Assembly: GCA_965248535.1 (NCBI GenBank)
Contig: CBDFJR010000002.1
Location: forward strand, 576,001 to 640,000
Reading direction: 5' to 3'
Source of the DNA: Phormidesmis sp.
GTDB lineage: Bacteria; Cyanobacteriota; Cyanobacteriia; Leptolyngbyales; Leptolyngbyaceae
DNA: 64,000 nt
In this document: positions 18,903 to 30,200 of the stretch, one piece after another
How positions within the stretch are numbered: the stretch's first letter is position 1
Layout of the letters: each line of letters begins with the position of its first letter
The notes under the pieces: model-generated
Told to the model about the DNA's origin: nothing
What the model saw: the letters and a program-made list of their open reading frames with translations, nothing else
Database searches by the model: none
Made by a program: the position numbers and the translations under genes

Positions 18903-20441
18903 TCAATGACTAGACTCGTGACGCTCTAAGTCTGCTGCAATCTTAACTTTGAGCTTCTCAAATTCTCCTTTGAGAACGTCTTTGCTGAGAATGGGTTGCC
19001 CGATCGATCGCCAAGTTCGACTCTCGATCGCCCAAGTTTGCAGTTGAGACAGTTGAGAATCATTCAGCGTGACTTGCATCACATAGGCGCAGTGCTGAGG
19101 ATCTTCAATGGCAAAAAACAGCACATAATATTGTTTACGCTCGACCAGCAGCCGAATGATTTGCTGACCCTCGGCCGCCTTCAAATCTAAATAGCAGCGC
19201 AGCCAGCGCGGGCCCATTTTTTTGTGATGCAGTTGATTATAGAGAGCGGTCATCCACAGCAGCATCGGGTGGGGCGACATGCAGCACAAAAAGTTTTTAT
19301 AAAGCTTGTTATAAAGCTTGCCTAACTGAATGTTCTCAATCTCCTGCTGTTGCAGCATCACCCAAACTGTGGCAATCTCTTCTCGCTTTGTTTTCAACAC
19401 ATGGGGAAAGACGATCTGAGCAACGGGCTTGTTTTGGGGCCAGGTCGTCAGTTGACACGCTTCATCAGGCGAAAGCGTTTCAGGATCGCGAACAGGAGCC
19501 GCCACCGGACGTTTTAGCAGCGCTTCACCAATGCGTTGACTGATCTGACGAGTCGCGTTATAGCGTTGCTCTAGTGGCTCTAGCGCTTTTAAAACTTCGC
19601 CCACAGTTTGAGGACGATCGTTGGCTGACTTGGCCAGACAACTCATCACTAGGCTCTCTAAAACTTTAGGCACCTTCAGATTGGGATTGACCACTTCAAA
19701 GCTGCGCGGTAGCTGAAAGTGATGAGTTTTATACCAACTGCCAAAGGAATGGGTTTCTGCCTGAAGGGGCATTTTGCCCGTGAGCATCTCAAACAGCATC
19801 ACCCCCAGCCCATAAATGTCCGATCGAGAATCCAGTTCCTTGCCTTCCATCTGCTCAGGCGACGAGTAGGCCAGCGTGCCCATAAATGAACTGGTTTGAT
19901 TGGCATCAGCTTGGAGAATCTTAGCAATTCCAAAGTCTAAAATCTTGACTAACTCGCCCCAACTGGGGTCTTGACTGACCAAAATATTGCTGGGTTTGAC
20001 ATCTCGGTGAATGATCGGGTAGATCGAGCCATCAATGGCAATGCCCTGATGGGCGCACTGAAGCCCCTGGCAAATTTGACGAGCGATGCTGAGAAATCTC
20101 GGCAGCGGCAGGTTTTGAGTGGTGATCACCTCACTGAGACTGTGGCCCTGTAAATATTCCATCACATAGAAAGGCACTCCTTCGTCGTTCACGCCATAGT
20201 CCATGACTCGGACGATGTGCATACTCTTTGTGCTCAAGAGCGCCGAGGTGCGCGCCTCACTGCGAAAGCGATCGCGCATTCGTGGGGTCAAAAGGGTCTG
20301 GGCCAAAAACTTGACGGCGACAATCACGCCGCCGAGCAGCACATCTTCGGCTCTATAAACCTGCCCCATTGCGCCGCGCCCTATCAACTCCATTAGCCGA
20401 TAGCGATTAGTCAATAAGGATTCGCCGTTGGGGTCTGTCAT
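18903..20441 (-). CDS. Hanks-type Ser/Thr protein kinase with cyanobacterial C-terminal domain
   Basis: IGRGAMG, VAVK, HRDVKPSN, DFG and YSSPEQ. Confidence 0.93.
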   Translation of the reverse strand: MTDPNGESLLTNRYRLMELIGRGAMGQVYRAEDVLLGGVIVAVKFLAQTLLTPRMRDRFRSEARTSALLSTKSMHIVRVMDYGVNDEGVPFYVMEYLQGHSLSEVITTQNLPLPRFLSIARQICQGLQCAHQGIAIDGSIYPIIHRDVKPSNILVSQDPSWGELVKILDFGIAKILQADANQTSSFMGTLAYSSPEQMEGKELDSRSDIYGLGVMLFEMLTGKMPLQAETHSFGSWYKTHHFQLPRSFEVVNPNLKVPKVLESLVMSCLAKSANDRPQTVGEVLKALEPLEQRYNATRQISQRIGEALLKRPVAAPVRDPETLSPDEACQLTTWPQNKPVAQIVFPHVLKTKREEIATVWVMLQQQEIENIQLGKLYNKLYKNFLCCMSPHPMLLWMTALYNQLHHKKMGPRWLRCYLDLKAAEGQQIIRLLVERKQYYVLFFAIEDPQHCAYVMQVTLNDSQLSQLQTWAIESRTWRSIGQPILSKDVLKGEFEKLKVKIAADLERHESSH

Positions 20442-20622
20442 TAAAGGTGAACGATTCTGCACAGGGTGTAGGGAGAGGGTGCCAGTTTTGACCGTCAAAC
20501 TCAGGCTGATAGTCTATTGTAGAGTTTGAGTTTCTCGATTGCCTAGGCTGATTTGGTCAAAACAGTGAGACCCTTCGTAGCTTCAATTATGGACACTCTC
20601 TAGCATAAAGTAACGATAGAAA

Positions 20623-21069
20623 CTACTCTGGCTGACGTTCGAGGGTGGCTTCCATGGCGCTGGTTAAGTAGTGCCCTGACAAAATGCCGCTTGACAGGTA
20701 ATATTTATTGTCATCTAGACGCACCATTGTTTCAAAGCCACTGCGCCGCTGCCGATCGCCCAACACCCAGTAGCGCTGTACGAGAGAGTCAGGGGCAACC
20801 CAGCCTTCTCCTTCGACGCGACCGAGCAGGCTGTGTTGCAGCACAAAGGTGTAGCGCCGCTCTCCAGAGTCTAAGCGCCCTTTATATTGAGAGCTAATTT
20901 CGTCACGATCGGCGTTAGGAAAGACCAACTTGGTAACCATCGTAAACCAGTCATCGCGGCTCCAAACAACAATGGTTTTACCTTTGACCGTGATCGGCAT
21001 CCCGTGGCGTTCTAACCAGCTTCCTTGCAGAGTCCAGCGTCCTGGTTGTATTAAAAAGGTGTGGGTCAC
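20623..21069 (-). CDS. Conserved hypothetical protein (beta-rich)
   Basis: 148-aa ORF co-oriented with neighbours. Confidence 0.7.
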   Translation of the reverse strand: MTHTFLIQPGRWTLQGSWLERHGMPITVKGKTIVVWSRDDWFTMVTKLVFPNADRDEISSQYKGRLDSGERRYTFVLQHSLLGRVEGEGWVAPDSLVQRYWVLGDRQRRSGFETMVRLDDNKYYLSSGILSGHYLTSAMEATLERQPE

Positions 21070-21170
21070 AATGCCATTCCTTGCCTCAATTTAGACCAAC
21101 TAGATGGCTGGCAGATTTGGGGGTCTTATGAGTTTACGCCCGAAGGTGAGCCAGTGAGTCTAATGGCACT

Positions 21171-22322
21171 TTATGCTATCACGCGAGAGTTTTCGCGAGC
21201 GTAGTTAATTTCGCCTAAAAGCACGGCTTTTGCAGCCCCCGTCGCCTCTGGAGAATTACCGGGAATTTTCTGATGTCTCCAGTAGGCTAGGACAGCGAAG
21301 GCGATCGCTTCTTTGAAATCTGCGTTTAAGCCAGCTTCATCCGTCGTGATCACGGTCAGGTCACTCAGTATAAACCGCAGTCTTTGTTTTAAGTACAAAT
21401 TGCGACTGCCGCCTCCGCAGAGCAAAATCTGATCGGGCATTTGTGGCAAAAATGTGCGGTAGCTGTGGGCGATCGAGGCGGCGGTGAACTCGGTGAGGGT
21501 GGCGAGAATATCAGCAGGACTGAGGTGATAGGCCTCGGATTCTCTCAGGCAAGTGTGCAGATAGTCTGGCCCAAAGTGTTCTCGCCCGGTCGATTTGGGC
21601 GGCGGCTGTTGAAAAAAGTCTTGGTGCAGCCAGCGATCGACGAGGGCTTGACAGGGGGTTCCGGTGGCGGCCCAGGCTCCATCTTGGTCGTAGGTTTTGG
21701 CACCCTGCGAGAGGTGCTCAACGGCGAGGTCAATCAGCACGTTGCCGGGGCCAGTGTCCCAGCCGCGGACGGGGCAGAGTGCCGCAGATGTAGCTGGCAA
21801 ATAGGCGACATTGCCAATGCCCCCGATATTTTGAATGCAGCGGCTATAGGTGGGGTGGGTGAGCAGTGCGGCATCGACAGGCGGAACCAGGGGCGCACCG
21901 TGGCCCCCGATCGCGATATCTGCTTCGCGAAAGTTGCTGATGGTGGTGATGCCTGTCTGATCGGCGATCGCTGCGCCGCGCCCTAACTGAAGGCTATAGC
22001 CTAAATTTTGTTGGAGCGGGGGCTGGTGATAGACCGTTTGCCCGTGGGAGCCAATCAGATCAGCGATCGCGTCTGCCTGAATCGATCGGGCAGCTTGGGC
22101 AAACTGAGTGGCGATCGCGTCATCTAACTGAGCAAAGTCTGCCATTGACAGGGCTGCACCGCCACAAACCGCCAAGATTTTTTCTCTCAGGTCAGGAGGA
22201 TAGGGATAGGTTTCTCCGGCTAAAAGCTGGACGGTGAGGTCGTGGGTGGTGCCTGAGATGTCAACCAGCGCTGCATCAATGCCATCGACAGATGTGCCGC
22301 TGATTAATCCGACTACGCGCAT
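21171..22322 (-). CDS. anmK: Anhydro-N-acetylmuramic acid kinase
   Basis: [31 protein letters not shown] and PKSTGRE. Confidence 0.95.
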   Translation of the reverse strand: MRVVGLISGTSVDGIDAALVDISGTTHDLTVQLLAGETYPYPPDLREKILAVCGGAALSMADFAQLDDAIATQFAQAARSIQADAIADLIGSHGQTVYHQPPLQQNLGYSLQLGRGAAIADQTGITTISNFREADIAIGGHGAPLVPPVDAALLTHPTYSRCIQNIGGIGNVAYLPATSAALCPVRGWDTGPGNVLIDLAVEHLSQGAKTYDQDGAWAATGTPCQALVDRWLHQDFFQQPPPKSTGREHFGPDYLHTCLRESEAYHLSPADILATLTEFTAASIAHSYRTFLPQMPDQILLCGGGSRNLYLKQRLRFILSDLTVITTDEAGLNADFKEAIAFAVLAYWRHQKIPGNSPEATGAAKAVLLGEINYARENSRVIA

Positions 22323-22915
22323 TGGTTTCTTGCTCCCTAACAGATTGCCGCTTCGTTGCAATCGTGACACTCCTCGGACTGAATGTGCGAGGATTCTTGG
22401 CTCTACGAATGACCTTAAAATTCACTATCCTTACGGCAATGCTTAAACCTTTCAACCGGGCTTTTGCCCGCATTGACGAGCTTAACTTAATGAACCCCAG
22501 AGAGTCTATCTCCCCAAGCGTACTAGGATACAAGCCTAGTGTTCGGGCGTGCCCCGCCCTACATTTCCTAACTCCACAATATTATTTAGTTCTCTGGGGG
22601 TGAGATGTGGTTGTTTTAATCCCTAGCTGTTTTAAGAGTCTTCGCTGCTCTTTGCTCAATAGGTTTACGCCTAAAAGTGTGTCTTGCAACCGTTTCACGA
22701 TGGCGAAGGAGTTTAACCCTAGCAGGTCAATCGTACCGCAAGACCGTGCCAGAAGCACAGGATTTTAGACCCATTTTTCTGATAAGCACGTCGATGCGTT
22801 TGATCAAGCACGCGGCTGATGGGGGAGTCTGGAGCTACGTGAGATTGTGGATTTAGTTCACGTTCATAAGGTCTAGCACGATCGCGTCATAGTCCTTTTC
22901 GGTATTACAAACCTG

Positions 22916-24574
22916 TCAATGCCAGACAAAAACCTTGGCTTCGTGTGGGCCTAAATCAGTCATCAGGTGACGATCGCCCACTTGCACATCATAGTTACCC
23001 GTCCATTCGTGCCAGGTGCCGTCTTCAGGAAAATCAGGAACGCTGTAGCCTGCCAAAAACTGGTCTGAGAAGTTGACCACCACCACCACGCGAGACCCCT
23101 CGTTGTTCCAGCGCGTGTAGGCCAACACTTTTGCGTCAGGGTTTTCGTGGAAGAAGGTAATCTGCTCGGTGTAGAGCGCGTGATTTTGTTCACGCAGGGC
23201 AATTAATCCTTTGTAGTAGCCGTGCAGGTTTTGATTTAAGTCGCCGATCAGCAGCGTCCAGTCAATCTTGGCTTGATCTTGGGTTTTGTAGTGATATTCG
23301 CCAAATTCTTCACCCATCCACAGCATCGGGATGCCCACGGCCGTCATTAGCAGCGAGACACCGAGCTTGACGCGACGAAAGGCTTCTTCACCGAGAATGC
23401 CCCGATCGCCCAATTCTGCCATGACGTGATTGTGATCGTGATTGGTCAAATAATTGACGACATTGGTTGCCCCCATAAAGCCCTGACGCTTGCAGTCAAG
23501 CGCGTCTTTGAGCCGCTCTAGATCGAAGGTGTCGCCTGTGATGTGTTCTAAAACGCAGTGATAAAAACTGTCATGCCAACAGCCATCCATCGGGCCGTCA
23601 ATATTCGTGATGCTTGGGGTTTCAGGAATGTGTTCGGCTACGTTGTAAAACGGTTTTGCTCCAGCAGTTGCTTTGGCTTCTTGCACAATCCAGCGCATAA
23701 AGTCATAGTTGGCAATCTGCCGCGCCGCATCATAGCGAATGCCGTCGATGTGAAATTCGCTCACCCAATAGCGAACGACTTCGCCGATAAAGCGACGAGC
23801 CGGATAGGTTTGCAGGTTTTCGTCATATTTTTCATAGTCGAATTCTGGCCCCCAATTGTTGTCGGGGTCACGGGGCTGATGGTGATACCAATAGTCGTGA
23901 TCGATCTGCGTCAACGGGGCAGACGCTTCGGAGTGGTTATAGATTCCGTCCATGATCACGCGCATTCCGCGACCGTGACATTCGTCGATCAGTTGCTTGA
24001 GTTGTGCGGTTTCGCCATAGCTTGACTCGGTGGCAAAGAAGTGACGCGGGTTGTAGCCCCAGCTATAGTCACCAGGATATTCTTTGATGGGCATTAGCTC
24101 GATCGCATTCACGCCCAAATCGCTGAGATAGTCGAGTTTAGCGATCGCGTCTTGATAGGTGCCGCGCCCCTCGTGATTGGCTTCGCCCCCCGAAAAATCA
24201 GCAATGTGTAGTTCATAAATTACAAGCTCGTGATCGGCAGGAAGCGGCTGATCATCATGTCGCCAAACGTAGGTGTCAACGATGCGTTCTCCACCTTTGA
24301 TGTGCGCGATCGCATTCTCAGACGCGCTCATTCCATCGATATCTGTTGCATAAGGGTCAGTGACATCAACCCATTGATCTGGCTCAAAAAACCAGCTTTT
24401 TGACTGAACTCGAAACTTGTATTGATACGTCCCATCTTTGAGGTCAACCTTGACTCGAAAATAGCCATCTTTCCCCTTCTTCATAGGGATTTCTTCCCAG
24501 TTAGAAAAAGAGCCTATTAATGAAACTGCCTGATTATAGGGGGCAAATAAATTGAACTCAATAGGATTTTTCAT
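22916..24574 (-). CDS. GH13 alpha-amylase family glycosidase with N-terminal CBM48
   Basis: IYELH, WGYNP, DGIYNH, GIRYDA, VAEH and NHDH. Confidence 0.9.
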   Translation of the reverse strand: MKNPIEFNLFAPYNQAVSLIGSFSNWEEIPMKKGKDGYFRVKVDLKDGTYQYKFRVQSKSWFFEPDQWVDVTDPYATDIDGMSASENAIAHIKGGERIVDTYVWRHDDQPLPADHELVIYELHIADFSGGEANHEGRGTYQDAIAKLDYLSDLGVNAIELMPIKEYPGDYSWGYNPRHFFATESSYGETAQLKQLIDECHGRGMRVIMDGIYNHSEASAPLTQIDHDYWYHHQPRDPDNNWGPEFDYEKYDENLQTYPARRFIGEVVRYWVSEFHIDGIRYDAARQIANYDFMRWIVQEAKATAGAKPFYNVAEHIPETPSITNIDGPMDGCWHDSFYHCVLEHITGDTFDLERLKDALDCKRQGFMGATNVVNYLTNHDHNHVMAELGDRGILGEEAFRRVKLGVSLLMTAVGIPMLWMGEEFGEYHYKTQDQAKIDWTLLIGDLNQNLHGYYKGLIALREQNHALYTEQITFFHENPDAKVLAYTRWNNEGSRVVVVVNFSDQFLAGYSVPDFPEDGTWHEWTGNYDVQVGDRHLMTDLGPHEAKVFVWH

Positions 24575-24719
24575 ATCACTCCCAAGAATAAAGATTTTTC
24601 TGCACTCAAAACGAAGTGGGTGTATTGTCTAATGATTGTTTAGATCAGCGCATCTTGCTCTCGTGGGATAGTTTTCTGCTCATTGCAGTTTCTCTACCTC
24701 TTGGGGAATAAATCTTTTG

Positions 24720-25442
24720 TTAGAGTTGCCAGCAGGTGAGGGTGCAGGTTTGACGAGAGGTGACGATCGCGCCCACAAAATTTTCTGCGGGCCTGATTTC
24801 TCGAAGGTGCCAGTCTGCAATCTTTCCTTGAGGAACTCTTGTCAAATAGGCTTGATGGGCATCTAGAGAAATCTCTAAGTCTTGCAGCTTTGCGAGACCG
24901 TCGCCTGTTGCTTTGAGATAGGCTTCTTTGCAAGTCCAGTGACGAAAAAAAGCTTGAGACTGTTGACTGGCAGGCAGATTGCAGATCGCCATATGTTCTT
25001 TAGGGGTAAAAAAACGCTGGGTTAAGGCGTTTAAATCGGCGATCGCTCTCATCTCTTCTAAGTCAACGCCGACTGGATAATCGAGGGTAACTGCATAGAG
25101 TGCCAATCCTTGAGAATGTGCGACATTGAACTGCAATCGTTGATTTTCTAAAGCAGGTTTTCCTGTTTTGCTGTAGATCAACTGCACGCGATCGGGGGCG
25201 ATTTGCAGATAGCGACCGAGGAGCGATCGTAGAATCCCCCGTCCGACAATAAATCGCTGTCGATGGTGATCAAACCGCAAGCGATCGGCACGAATTTGTT
25301 CATCCGATGACAGAAATTTGGCAAAAAATTCGATCGCTTCTAACGGCAAATCAAGGGACGATCGCCAGAGGTGAACCTCGTTAGGTTGCAGCCTCAACTC
25401 AGAGGGGGGACGCAGCCAATCGCCTTGATTGTTCGCGCTCAA
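24720..25442 (-). CDS. 4'-phosphopantetheinyl transferase (Sfp/HetI type)
   Basis: GKP, FNVAHS, VGVDLE and WTCKEAYLKATG. Confidence 0.92.
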   Translation of the reverse strand: MSANNQGDWLRPPSELRLQPNEVHLWRSSLDLPLEAIEFFAKFLSSDEQIRADRLRFDHHRQRFIVGRGILRSLLGRYLQIAPDRVQLIYSKTGKPALENQRLQFNVAHSQGLALYAVTLDYPVGVDLEEMRAIADLNALTQRFFTPKEHMAICNLPASQQSQAFFRHWTCKEAYLKATGDGLAKLQDLEISLDAHQAYLTRVPQGKIADWHLREIRPAENFVGAIVTSRQTCTLTCWQL

Positions 25443-26116
25443 ACCGATGCAGGCTGTTGATGAATCACCTCTGATTTAGACTGCTCAATCACCGGGGGAC
25501 GCAAGGCAAGATAGGCGATCGCTCCCAACAACGGCACAACTGAAACTGCCCAAAAAATTCGTGGGTCGGTCAATCCTCTCCGGGCCATATCGTCACCCAA
25601 CAGTGTTGGAAACAAAAGACATAACAAACAAAAATCTAAACTCATGACATGAATAAATCGGTTGGTTTGCCACTGGTGCACAAAGTCATTCCAATCGCCT
25701 TGAGTCATGCCATAAACGACCAGCGCGATTGCTGCGATCGCAATCAATGCCCCCGTCCCACGAGAGTCTAATAGCTTGAGAAACCAGCTTTTTTGTCCTG
25801 GAAACGTGGGATTAGATTTGCGAAAAATCAAGTAGGGCAAAATCGCGAAAGCGCCCACCGCAAACGATGCCGTTGAGAACAACCACGCCGGAAGTTTCTG
25901 TCCTTTGCCGTCGAGATACATCACGCAACTGTAGATCATGGGAAACACGCCCATAATATTGAACAACGCCACGATTAAAGGATTAACGCCTTGAATCTGC
26001 CCAGTAGACAGGTTTTTAATTAAGTCGATCGTGTCGGGGCTGTCGGGCGGCGCAAGCAGAAAGGCATAGCTGACAAATCCGACCCAGATCAGGGTGAGGG
26101 CAACTTTTTTGAACAT
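25439..26116 (-). CDS. Conserved membrane protein (DUF2834-like)
   Basis: Multiple TM helices; FIHVMSLDF motif. Confidence 0.7.
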   Translation of the reverse strand: MFKKVALTLIWVGFVSYAFLLAPPDSPDTIDLIKNLSTGQIQGVNPLIVALFNIMGVFPMIYSCVMYLDGKGQKLPAWLFSTASFAVGAFAILPYLIFRKSNPTFPGQKSWFLKLLDSRGTGALIAIAAIALVVYGMTQGDWNDFVHQWQTNRFIHVMSLDFCLLCLLFPTLLGDDMARRGLTDPRIFWAVSVVPLLGAIAYLALRPPVIEQSKSEVIHQQPASV

Positions 26117-26158
26117 CAGAATCGAAAATAAGAGAGAGTGATTATATTCTAAAGGCGT

Positions 26159-26488
26159 ATGACCCAAGAGACAGAAGGCTATGGAGTCGTGTTGGTGACG
26201 GCGGGTTCGCGGCAAGAGGCAGAGACGATCGCAGAATCTCTGATTCAGGCAAAACTCGCGGCTTGTGTCACTCTGCTGCCCGTGTTTTCAATTTATACCT
26301 GGCAAGGAACCATGCATCACGACGAAGAGTGGCAACTGCTGATCAAATCTGAACGATCGCGGTTTGACGAACTAGAAGCCAAAATTCGAGACCTCCATTC
26401 TTATCAAGTGCCAGAGATCATCGCGTTGCCGATCGTCGCCGGATCGCTGCCCTACTTGCAGTGGATCTCTAGCCAACTCCAGGAATAA
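26159..26488 (+). CDS. cutA: Divalent-cation tolerance protein CutA
   Basis: KLAACV, SIYTWQG and HSYQVPEII. Confidence 0.93.
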   Translation: MTQETEGYGVVLVTAGSRQEAETIAESLIQAKLAACVTLLPVFSIYTWQGTMHHDEEWQLLIKSERSRFDELEAKIRDLHSYQVPEIIALPIVAGSLPYLQWISSQLQE

Positions 26489-26556
26489 CCGATTTTGCAC
26501 TTTTAGGGCTGTGGTTTTAAATTAAGCTTATTCGCAATTGAGAATCCAAAATCATC

Positions 26557-27042
26557 ATGATCCGCGATGCCGTTGAAGCTGATTTACCCGCGATCGTCAC
26601 CATTTATAACGCTGCGATTCCTTGTCAAATCGTCACCGCAGACCTGATGCCTGTGACGATCGAGAGCCGTCTTGCCTGGTTTGAGGCTCACAACTCTCAC
26701 CGCTATCCACTGTGGGTCACCGACCTTGATGGCGCTGTTGCCGGATGGTTGGGATTTCAGCCGTTTTATGGCAGACCTGCTTACCAAAGCACGGCTGAGT
26801 TAAGCCTCTATATTCATCCTAATTATCAGCGAATGGGGATTGGGCGGAAACTTTTGAAACAAGCGATCGAGACGGCTCCGTCTCTAAAATTAGCCACGTT
26901 GCTAGGGTTTATCTTTGCCGATAATCACCCTAGCCTGAAGCTATTCCAGCAGCTTGAGTTTGAGCAGTGGGGCTATTTGCCCAGAGTGGCCCAGTTTGAC
27001 AAAGGAGAACAGGATTTAGCAGTTCTTGGCAGACGGATCTAG
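26557..27042 (+). CDS. GNAT N-acetyltransferase (phosphinothricin/methionine-sulfoximine acetyltransferase-like)
   Basis: IRDAVEADLPAI, AELSLYI, QRMGIGRKLL and NHPSL. Confidence 0.88.
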   Translation: MIRDAVEADLPAIVTIYNAAIPCQIVTADLMPVTIESRLAWFEAHNSHRYPLWVTDLDGAVAGWLGFQPFYGRPAYQSTAELSLYIHPNYQRMGIGRKLLKQAIETAPSLKLATLLGFIFADNHPSLKLFQQLEFEQWGYLPRVAQFDKGEQDLAVLGRRI

Positions 27043-27176
27043 CGAATCAGGCTACTAAACCTTAGCGTGGGCGATCGGCTGAGAGAAGTTAGTTGATTGT
27101 TGGAATGGTGAATGCAGTTTCAGATCTCCTTCACCTGATTGTTCGAGTCCTTTGAGGACAAACTGTTTAAATTCTC

Positions 27177-27226
27177 GAATCAGTCTATTTGGCACCCTAA
27201 CAGTCCGAAATAGACTGATTCTTTTT
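27177..27226. terminator. Intrinsic terminator between convergent genes
   Basis: 14-bp perfect inverted repeat GAATCAGTCTATTT/AAATAGACTGATTC followed by TTTTT. Confidence 0.75.
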
Positions 27227-27249
27227 ATCCTAAAAGGACTGGTCGCCCC

Positions 27250-30200
27250 TTAGACAGTTGCCGCTTGCGGAGCAAAAGACACACCTCGTAAGACTTCGCC
27301 GTATTTAGCTTGGTCGATGACGCTGAACTTTTCACCTGCGGCTTGCGCTGCTGTGGTATTGGAGAGCACATCGACGATCGCCACCAGTTTGTTGGGATCT
27401 GCTCCCTGATCGGTACTGGCGCTAATGGTTGAAGTCACCGCAAACAGAGATACCGTGCCATCGCCATTGACCTTGCCCGTCAGGTTTCGCAGACCATCTG
27501 TTGCAGGATTAAAGGCAGCATCTAAACCGGGCACGCTGTAGGAGATCCCAAGATCCAAGCCATTTTGCAGAACATAGTCTTCGACCCAAGTGCCGTTTAC
27601 TAGACTCCACTTCTGGAGACCCGCAGAGGTGCTGGTGGCAGCATCTGCCTTCACCCCGTCGCCCTCATCGGCAACATAAAGCGTGGTGGCGTTGGCAAAC
27701 CAAATGCCAAAGGGATGGGTGATGGTGTTGGCAGCGCCCTTAGCGAGAACCGTGGAAAAACCGGGCAGGATCGTAATCGGTGCAGTGGCGGCGTTGGTGA
27801 GGTCTGGGAGAGTGCCAGCATTGCCGACCTGATAGACCGTGTTGATGCCGTTGCCGCCGCTGCCCTTCGACACAAAGAGAGTGTTGTTGAAAATTGTCTC
27901 ACCCCGGAAGTTGTTGTCTTTGGCAGTCTTGTCTGCCGCGTAACCATATTGAGTGATGTTGAAGTTGCCCACTTTTGTTGTTCCCGGAGTGAGCGCGGTC
28001 GCATCTTCTCCCGGAATCACAATCTGCACTCCTGCTGCATCGGCAACCGCCGCTGATCCGTCTCCGTTCCCTGCGTTGCCTGCGGTATAGTACAAGCCAT
28101 TTGGAGCGAGGATTACCGCCCGACCATTGTTGCCGGGGTAGATATTGCTCGTGGTGATATCGAGGGAGCCATCGGCGTTGAGTTGCGCGATCGCTCGGTA
28201 CGTGGGAGCCGCCGTCACTGGGTTGCCGGGTTCAATAATTCCCGGCGTGTTGGAGTTTGACACGTCAAGTTGATTGACTCCCGTTGCATAGGCAATGAAA
28301 GTCAGCCCTGTGCCGTCAGGTGTGAGATTCAGCGCCAGTTCTGACTTTGACGGGAAACTAGTGGTGATCAGGGTCGGATCGATCGCCACTGTTCCGATCT
28401 TGAGTCCTGTTGTCGTGATTTGATCCAAGAAAATGGGCGACGTGATGCCAAAGCTGGCATCTGCTTTAGCGTTGTTGAACACAGTTGGATAGGAACCATC
28501 CGCGATCGCGGCACCGCCGCCCGGTAGAGGTTGCCCTACAGTGATGGTGGATGCTGTGCCCTGATAGACGCTGCGTGAGACAATCAGGTCGCCCGGAGCA
28601 AACAACAGTGCTGTAGATAGCTGGGTCGCCGCAATGCCTTCTACGATCGCCAGTAGCTTGCCTGAATTGAGCCGAACCAGAGTATCGTCAGCGTTTGCGC
28701 CTGTTCCCTGAACAAACGTGAGTTGCCCAAAGGTGAGACCGTCAGCCAAATTGATGCGATCGCCCTTGGCAAAGTCTAAGCCTCGAATGATGTCCAGTCC
28801 ATCCGTTGCTTTCAACTCAAAGGTATCCTTGCCGCTACCGCTCACCATCGTGGTGACACCAGAGCCTCCATTCAGGATGTCATTGCCTGCGCCAGCATAG
28901 AACGTATTCTTGCCAATGCCCCCGCGCAGAATATCATTGCCATTGCCCGCGTAAACAATGTGATCACCCACCGACGCGTTGATGACATCATCAGACCCGT
29001 CAAAGCCATACACCACTTGGCTAATGGCATCTAGATAAGTGACTGTGCTGCGATTAAATAGAGTGTTGCGAGGCGCATCATTGTTGAAGACATCAAAGCT
29101 GTCTGTGCCCTGGGTTTGTCCATCAAAAATGATGTTCCGTAAGTCAGCCGTTGCCCCAGTAGACTTGCTGAGGTTGTCTAGATCTTCCAGCTTGAAGTTC
29201 TTGAGCACCACTTTGGTATCGGCGATGCCAGCGAAGGTAATCACCAGATCTTGCCCGATCGGGGTCAAAATCATGTTGCGAGCAGTCAAGCCATCGCCCA
29301 CAAACTTAATCGTGTCAGCGTTTGCCAGCCCAGATTGAGAAGGCGCAGCCCCCTGACCCACGCCGCCAAAGTTGGCGATCGTCACGGTCTTGCCGCGAGA
29401 CACCGCAAAGGTTTTGTTGCCGCCGCTCCCGTCTTCTTGTTGGGCCACCAAACCAGGCAGTGCTTGGGTCTTTTCTTGAACGGCACCCTGCAACTTGCTG
29501 GCATCTAGCCCCAGCGTCTCTAATGCCGTGACCGCAATCTGTTTGGTGCTCACCCTAGACGATTGAACACTGCCGCGTAACTCAGCCGCGATCGCGCCAC
29601 CGCCGACAATTAGCGCCACATGGGTGTCGTCTTCCGAGAAGCCCCCGTGTTCAGCCTGCTTTTTGGGCTTGGTTGGATCGCCTACCAGCACAAAGCCAGG
29701 CTTCAGTTTCACAATTAAATCGGGAGTCGTAGCATCCTGAGCGGGGTTGCCAAATCCTGCCTGCTGCAAGCTGCTGCCAAACAAAACCGTATCGATCCCA
29801 GAGTTGGGATTGGCGGCTTTGAGATCAGTCAGAGCTTTGGCGGCGGCGGCGGTCTGCGACTGGTCAGATAACCAGAGCAAGGTGATGTCATCTTGGGTCG
29901 CCTGAGCGACTTTGATGCCAGCCTTGTCTAGGACGTTGGTGTAGAGGTCATCCTTCAGCAGGGTTGCGGCACCTAGACGGGGATTTTGACCATGCTTTGC
30001 CGTCAAAACAATTTCAGTAGAATCGTATAATCCGGCTGTCTTCAAAGCTGAGACGATCTGACCAATGCTGGCATCGGTATGGCTCAAAGCATCTTTAAAG
30101 GCAGCCGATGGGGTGCCATCTAGAGCGATTCCGCCGATGGGCAGCTTTTCGCCGACGCTTACCGCTTGAAAGTTCAGACCAAAGATCGAGGGGGTGCCCT

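Noticed and set aside
22490..22610. c-di-AMP (ydaO) riboswitch
   Set aside because: Only GTAGGG...CCCGAAC resembles it; the GCTGAATCC and CAGCTAAC-type conserved segments are missing
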